From: an uncultured Cytophagia bacterium
Lineage (GTDB): Bacteria > Zhuqueibacterota > Zhuqueibacteria > Zhuqueibacterales > Zhuqueibacteraceae
Reading direction: 5' to 3'
Length of the DNA: 14,244 nucleotides
NCBI GenBank assembly: GCA_964631505.1
Contig: CAZVZZ010000036.1
Span: 3,111 to 17,354, forward strand
The stretch's first letter is position 1; every line of letters starts with the position of its first letter. The position numbers were made by a program, and so were the translations under genes. This document shows, piece by piece, positions 7,120-14,244 of the stretch. Below the pieces are notes generated by a model. The model was not told the DNA's origin. It saw nothing but the letters and a program-made list of their open reading frames with translations, and made no database searches.

Positions 7120-7698
7120 TTAGAATAATCTCCGTGAAAAATTCTCACACGACTTTGCAGGCGCCGATGCTTTTTTTATCTGCCAGATGTTATCGTAACC
7201 TTCGCTCAACAGCCAGGCATTGGGCGCAGCCGCAGGCTTGATCCGCATTTCTTGAAAACACGAGACGGGCATTCCCGCTTTAAGCAAGAGATACGGAACA
7301 ATATTGGAATGTGAAACGAGCACGATGCTTTTTTCGGGGCCAAAACGTTTCGACAAGTTTTGATAGAAATCGGTAATGGCTGCAGTGTCCGTGCAGGCGT
7401 CTGCCACTTCGACCGGCACCTTGAACTTTTGCGCCAGCGGGAATGCCGTGTGCAGCGCGCGGGTGGTGCGGCTGCTGAAAATGGCCGCGATCTCGTTGGG
7501 TTGAAATTGCTCCACTAATTTTTGCGCGCGCCTGACTCCTTCGTCGCTCAAAGGGTGAAACGCATCCAAGTCCTTGTCCTCGAACCAGATGGCAAGTTTT
7601 TCCGCATGACGAACGATATAAATTGTCGGCTGGGCTGTGATGACTCCCGCTATGGTAAACAGGAGAATTGGGATGATGTATGACGAGCGAATCTTCAT
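7120..7698 (-). CDS. Secreted histidine phosphatase superfamily protein (phosphoglycerate-mutase-like branch), about 192 aa (ORF track start 7704 is a TTG; ATG at 7698 has GGAG 9 nt upstream)
   Basis: Signal peptide MKIRSSYIIPILLFTIAGVITAQP, then IYIVRHAEK (an RHG-type catalytic motif with the phospho-acceptor His) and ...IVLVSHSNIV... (second conserved His). It starts 18 nt downstream of the metalloprotease gene. Confidence 0.75.
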   Translation of the reverse strand: MKIRSSYIIPILLFTIAGVITAQPTIYIVRHAEKLAIWFEDKDLDAFHPLSDEGVRRAQKLVEQFQPNEIAAIFSSRTTRALHTAFPLAQKFKVPVEVADACTDTAAITDFYQNLSKRFGPEKSIVLVSHSNIVPYLLLKAGMPVSCFQEMRIKPAAAPNAWLLSEGYDNIWQIKKASAPAKSCENFSRRLF

Positions 7699-7716
7699 GT
7701 GCAAGCTCCGTTTATT

Positions 7717-10191
<2,475 letters not shown>

Positions 10192-10341
10192 CGGAACTCC
10201 TCCCTCGAGTTGAAGCAGCGTTAGGTGGTGAGAATGGTTTATGGTTTTAAGTTAAGTTTTGTAGTGATGCCTTTGGGCATTGAAACAGCGATATGCACCG
10301 ATTTAACGCCTGAAGGCGTCACTACAGACGTGATGACAAAT

Positions 10342-13300
10342 TTACGCCGCCAGCGCCTCTCTTCCCACGTTCAAATCTTCGAATTTCACCGACACCACTT
10401 TCGACACGCCCTGTTCTTCCATGGTGATGCCGTACAGATAATCCGCGGCTTTCATCGTCAGCTTGTTATGCGTCACGACGATGAACTGCGTGTTGTCGGA
10501 AAATTTGCGCAGCGCCCCGACGAAGCGGCCGATGTTCATGTCATCCAGCGGCGCATCGACTTCATCGAGAATACAGAACGGACTGGGCTTCACCAGATAA
10601 ATGGAAAAAAGCAACGAGATTGCCGTCAACGTTTTCTCGCCGCCGGAAAGCAGCGCCAGTGAGCCGAGTTTCTTGCCCTTCGGATTCGCTTCGATCACAA
10701 TATCGGCCTCGAGCGGATCGCCCTCATCCAAGCGCAAATCCGCTTCGCCATTTTCAAAAAAGCCTTTGAACACTTGAATGAAATTCTCGCGAATCTGCGA
10801 GAAGATTTTGCCGAACTGCTCATACGCCGTGTCGTTGATCACTTTGATGGTGTCTTTCAAATTCGCCTCGGCGGCGAGCAAGTCATTTTTCTGCGTGGTG
10901 AGAAAATCGAAGCGCTCTTTTTCTTTTTCATACTCCGACAGCGCCAGCATATTCACCGGCCCCATGCTCTTTAAGCGATTGCGCAGCCAATTCACGCGCT
11001 CCTCGGTTTCCGCCGCGTTAAACTCGCCCTCTGGCGCTTTTTGCTGCGCCAAATCAAGCTCGTAGGTCTCGTGAATGTGCTTGACCATGTTATCGCGTTG
11101 CATCGTCAGCTCGGCAATATGCAACTCGGCCTGATGCAGCGTTTCCGAAACCTCGTCGCGTTCGGTGCGCACGGCGCGCAGCGCGCGTTCTTTGGAATCC
11201 GCCGTCTGTTTCTGCTCGCGAAACGCCCGCTCGATTTCGGCGACCACTTCCTCCAATTCTTTGCGCTCGGCAAAATCGTCGTGCAGTTCTTCGCGCGTGC
11301 TGTCGATCTGTGTCGTCAGTTCTTGTTCTTGCTGCTCCGCCTCGGCAATCTGTTCGGTGCGGCGCTCGATGCTTTCCGCAATGTCGCGCTGGTTGCTGGC
11401 GAGGCGCTCGATTTCAGATTGCGTGTTGCGCAGTTCGGCGCGTTTTTCCACGACAATAACGTTGGCGGCATTGGCCGCTTCCTGCGCGCTGCGAAATTGT
11501 TGCTCCAGCGCTTCCAACTCGGCAGTTAGTTGCGCGTTGGTCGTTTCCGCGATCTGCCGCCGCGATTCCAGCTCCTGCAATTTCGGTTCCAACTCGGCAA
11601 ATTGCGCGCGCAGTTGTTGCTGGCTGGCCTCAATTTTCGCCAGCTCATCCTGGCGCTGCTGCCGATCTTGATCGGCACGCGTGTTTTCAAACGTCGCTTG
11701 CCCAAACTCCAATTCTAATTTTTGTTTGTCGCTTTCGGCGGATTTGCGTTGCGCTAATAAATTCTCATTCTGTGCCAGCAAACGTTGCAACGCTTCTTCC
11801 GCATCGGCCTTGGCGTCGAATTTCTCCGCCATTTCTTCCTGCAAACGCGCCACCTCCGCATCGAGCTGCTCGATCTGCGCTTTGCGATCAATGACGCTCT
11901 CCGAAGAACGGCTGGTGTCACCGCCGCGCATCGGCCCCCACGTGGTTAACATCTCGCCGGTCAGCGTGACAAAACTTTGCCGACTGCGTCCGTCGGCATG
12001 CAAATTCACGCGTTCCAACAGCGCACGCGCGTCGGCGAGCGAAGAAACGATATAACATTCAGTCAAAAGATTTTCAACCAGCACGCGCACCGAATCGTCG
12101 CAGTCAATCACGTTGGTCGCCCGCGCCAAAATTCTTGCATCTTCCAAAGCGATCGCACCATTTCTACCGTTTTGCGCATGGACGCCGCCAAGCGGCATAA
12201 AAGTCACCAGGCCTTTCTCGCGCTGGCGCAGCAACTCCATGCCCTCGAATACGCGATCCGTATGATCAACCAGCAGCGCCGCAACGGATTCGCCGAGCGC
12301 GGCTTCAACGGCGCGCCGGTATTTTTCCGGCACGCGAATATGTTCTGCCAGGGTGCCGACGCAACCTTCCGGCATGCCGCGTTCGAGCAGCAGATGTTTC
12401 ACGCCTTCGGGATGATCTTCATACGTCTCCAAAAATTTTCGCAACAGGCCGGCGCGATCTTGATGCCGTTGCATCGTGCTTTGCAAAGCCAACAACTCCT
12501 CTTTGAGTTGTGAAATGGTCGCCTCGTTTTTCGCGATTGCCTGTTGATTGGCTTCGACCTCGAGATTCAAATGATCCAATCGCGCGATGGCGCTGGCCAA
12601 ATGCCGTTGCGTGTCGCCATGGCGCTGCGTCACTTCCGCCTGCCGTTGCTGCCAGGCTTCGGCCTCTTGTTGCAACACGGCTTGGCGTTTTTCGTTAAAT
12701 TCAAGCTGGGCGCGCAAGCGCTCGCCTTCTTTTTGCAACTGGCTCAACGTCTCGGTTTCGCTTTGCCGCTGCGACTCGGCATCGCGCACTTCCTGCCGTT
12801 TGGCTTGATAATTTTCCTGAAACCCGGTCAGCGCTGATTGTTTGCTGTTAAATTCACCGACGACGGTGTCCAGCAATAGCGTAAACTCTTCGGTTTTATT
12901 GGCAAGCGAAACGCGCATTTCTTCCATCAGCGTGCGCCGCGTTTTCAATTCTTCGATTTCTTTGCCAAAGCGGGCGCGATTTTCTTTGACGGCGCGAATG
13001 CGTTCTTGATTGATGAGAATCTGTTCTTCTTTTTTCTTGATGCGGTCGGTGTTCGCGTTCAAATCGCGCTGGCGCGTCACAAGCTGTTTTTCAACTTCGA
13101 GCAGCGTCAAGCGCATCTCTTCGATTTGCGCCTCTTCGGCGGCGAGTTGCGCGGAAATTTGCTCGCGGCGGTCGCGCGCATCTTTGGCCGTCGTTGTCAA
13201 CGGCTCCAGCTCGCTTTTAATTTTAAGAAATTGAAAGGCCGACCAACCCACTTCGGTCTCGCGTAGTTCGTTCGCATACGTCTGATAGCGTTCGGCTTTT

Positions 13301-13929
13301 TGCACCTGCCGTTTCAATGAGTCGACGGTTTTCTCGACCTCGCTGAGAATGTCGTTGAGGCGCAGCAAATCCTGCTCGGTGGCTTCGAGCTTGCGGAATG
13401 CGGCTTTGCGGCGCGCTTTGTATTTGCCTACCCCCGCCGCTTCTTCAAAAATGTGCCGGCGCTCTTCGGGCTTGCCGTTGAGAATTTGCTCGACCATCGC
13501 CAGCTCGATCACCGAATAGGCATTCGCGCCGACGCCGGTGTCCATCAATAAATCCATGATGTCTTTCAACCGGCAGACGGTGTTGTTGAGCAAATACTGG
13601 CTTTCGCCGGAACGGAACAACCGGCGGGTGATGACGACTTCGGAGTACTGAATCGGCAAAACGTTTTTGGTATTTTGAATGGTCAGCGAGACTTCCGCCA
13701 TGCCCAGCGGTTTCTGCGCTTTGGAGCCGTTGAAAATGACGTTTTCCATCAGCTCGCTGCGCAGCGCCCCGGCTTTTTGCTCGCCGAGCGCCCAGCGAAT
13801 CGCATCGACAATGTTGCTCTTGCCGCAGCCGTTCGGCCCGACCACGCCGGTAATGCCGTTATGAAAAACAAAATGGGTTTTTTTCGCAAACGATTTGAAA
13901 CCGAAAATCTCGAGATTGGAAAGATACAC
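10342..13929 (-). CDS. smc: Chromosome partition protein SMC (canonical condensin, 1195 aa, GTG start)
   Basis: N-terminal Walker A (FKSFAKKTHFVFHNGITGVVGPNGCGKSNIVDAIRWALGEQ), long coiled coils, a central hinge (...GVKHLLLERGMPEGCVGTLAEHIRVPEKYRRAVEAALGESVAALLVD...). C-terminal signature and Walker B (LSGGEKTLTAISLLFSIYLVKPSPFCILDEVDAPLDDMNIGRF...VVTHNK). AGGAG 6 nt upstream of the GTG at 13929-13927. Confidence 0.95.
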   Translation of the reverse strand: MYLSNLEIFGFKSFAKKTHFVFHNGITGVVGPNGCGKSNIVDAIRWALGEQKAGALRSELMENVIFNGSKAQKPLGMAEVSLTIQNTKNVLPIQYSEVVITRRLFRSGESQYLLNNTVCRLKDIMDLLMDTGVGANAYSVIELAMVEQILNGKPEERRHIFEEAAGVGKYKARRKAAFRKLEATEQDLLRLNDILSEVEKTVDSLKRQVQKAERYQTYANELRETEVGWSAFQFLKIKSELEPLTTTAKDARDRREQISAQLAAEEAQIEEMRLTLLEVEKQLVTRQRDLNANTDRIKKKEEQILINQERIRAVKENRARFGKEIEELKTRRTLMEEMRVSLANKTEEFTLLLDTVVGEFNSKQSALTGFQENYQAKRQEVRDAESQRQSETETLSQLQKEGERLRAQLEFNEKRQAVLQQEAEAWQQRQAEVTQRHGDTQRHLASAIARLDHLNLEVEANQQAIAKNEATISQLKEELLALQSTMQRHQDRAGLLRKFLETYEDHPEGVKHLLLERGMPEGCVGTLAEHIRVPEKYRRAVEAALGESVAALLVDHTDRVFEGMELLRQREKGLVTFMPLGGVHAQNGRNGAIALEDARILARATNVIDCDDSVRVLVENLLTECYIVSSLADARALLERVNLHADGRSRQSFVTLTGEMLTTWGPMRGGDTSRSSESVIDRKAQIEQLDAEVARLQEEMAEKFDAKADAEEALQRLLAQNENLLAQRKSAESDKQKLELEFGQATFENTRADQDRQQRQDELAKIEASQQQLRAQFAELEPKLQELESRRQIAETTNAQLTAELEALEQQFRSAQEAANAANVIVVEKRAELRNTQSEIERLASNQRDIAESIERRTEQIAEAEQQEQELTTQIDSTREELHDDFAERKELEEVVAEIERAFREQKQTADSKERALRAVRTERDEVSETLHQAELHIAELTMQRDNMVKHIHETYELDLAQQKAPEGEFNAAETEERVNWLRNRLKSMGPVNMLALSEYEKEKERFDFLTTQKNDLLAAEANLKDTIKVINDTAYEQFGKIFSQIRENFIQVFKGFFENGEADLRLDEGDPLEADIVIEANPKGKKLGSLALLSGGEKTLTAISLLFSIYLVKPSPFCILDEVDAPLDDMNIGRFVGALRKFSDNTQFIVVTHNKLTMKAADYLYGITMEEQGVSKVVSVKFEDLNVGREALAA

Positions 13930-13943
13930 GAAAACTCCTGAAA

Positions 13944-13973
13944 CTGGTTGCTGGTTTCTTGTGGCTGGTTTCT
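13944..13973. repeat. Direct repeats in the smc leader: GCTGGTTTCT x2 (13950-13959, 13964-13973) plus a third CTGGTT at 13944-13949 (spacing 7 and 14 nt)
   Basis: aaCTGGTTgCTGGTTTCTtgtgGCTGGTTTCTcag lies 15-45 nt upstream of the smc GTG. On the coding strand it reads GAAACCAGC..GAAACCAGC..AACCAG. Confidence 0.5.
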
Positions 13974-14244
13974 CAGTTAAAATTTAGTACTCAGGTCAAC
14001 AAGAATGCCGCAGCGTAAAGATTGAGCTTTGCTTTTTGGCGCCCACCGCACGCCACGCGGTGCTGTTGGTCTTGTGCTTTTCGCACAGCTTATCAATTTA
14101 TTGGATGTGTTAATGAAATGCAAGAAATTTTTATAAATTGTGGGAAACGGAACCAACATCGTACCCCCCTGCTGATCCATGGGAAGACAGGGAGATGCTG
14201 TACTCACTTGGTGGCAGCGGCACCTGACGTAAGTCCGCCGTGAG

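Noticed and set aside
10192-10341. Short hairpins (ATGCC-UUUG-GGCAU at about 10265-10281; ACGCC-UGAA-GGCGU at 10304-10317) between smc and the protease gene as rho-independent terminators
   Set aside because: The stems are only 5-7 bp and no U-tract follows on the transcribed (minus) strand. I cannot support them as terminators, although read-through versus termination here remains open.
10225-13266. Plus-strand ORFs within smc (10225-10662, 10778-11065, 11041-11529, 11165-11671, 11681-12055, 11977-12513, 12544-12837, 13006-13266)
   Set aside because: They are antisense to the SMC coiled-coil and ATPase regions. They are Ser/Cys/Leu/Arg-rich, low-complexity, and have no start-site signals.
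10342-13929. Possibility that the SMC-like gene belongs to a defense system (Wadjet JetC, Lamassu LmuB, RecN-like)
   Set aside because: It is full length (1195 aa) with a canonical hinge, Walker A, signature motif and Walker B. Defense-type partner genes (JetA/B/D, LmuA) are absent. The flanking genes are housekeeping or secreted hydrolases.
13977-14243. ORFs 13977-14207 (-, 76 aa) and 14022-14243 (+, 73 aa)
   Set aside because: Their composition is implausible (Cys/Arg/Trp-rich). They span the twin hairpins and have no RBS. The region is treated instead as unresolved non-coding or an edge region.

Overview
This 14.2-kb window from a moderately GC-rich bacterial chromosome contains nine protein-coding genes; Shine-Dalgarno sequences precede most starts, and phylum cannot be assigned from sequence alone. 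I found no rRNA, tRNA, CRISPR array or mobile element. Eight genes lie on the minus strand and one (mscS) on the plus strand.

Genes, reading from high to low coordinate on the minus strand:
- a canonical chromosomal SMC condensin (10342-13929);
- a secreted zinc metalloprotease with an HEVGH motif (7717-10191);
- a secreted histidine phosphatase (7120-7698);
- a YqiJ/NfeD-like membrane protein (6461-6997);
- a flotillin, with the start re-assigned to the GTG at 6423 behind an AAGGAGG Shine-Dalgarno (4807-6423);
- a small protein with a complete beta-carbonic-anhydrase zinc-ligand pattern (4259-4774).

Convergent on the plus strand is an MscS mechanosensitive channel (3178-4239). Further down the minus strand are an AhpD-like CxxCxxxH protein (2525-2905) and a large FdhF/YdeP-family molybdopterin oxidoreductase (1-2238). 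That last gene is absent from the supplied ORF track because it runs off the window edge without a stop. I recovered it by manual translation; the arginine-rich plus-strand ORFs listed there are its antisense shadow.

Nothing here resembles a known defense island or a clearly novel system. The neighbourhood reads as envelope and stress housekeeping: acid, peroxide and osmotic functions, a flotillin microdomain module, and secreted hydrolases.

The observations I think most merit follow-up are:
- the divergent minimal beta-carbonic-anhydrase-like gene appended to the nfeD-flotillin operon;
- an identical TTGACT-N17-TATCTT promoter-like element in front of both the ydeP-like gene and mscS;
- a perfect 7-bp inverted repeat (7-nt spacer) plus a 28-codon hydrophobic mini-ORF immediately upstream of the nfeD-flotillin operon;
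- 10-bp direct repeats in the smc leader;
- an unresolved twin-hairpin region at the 3' window edge.

All functional calls rest on motif and family recognition by eye; no searches were run.
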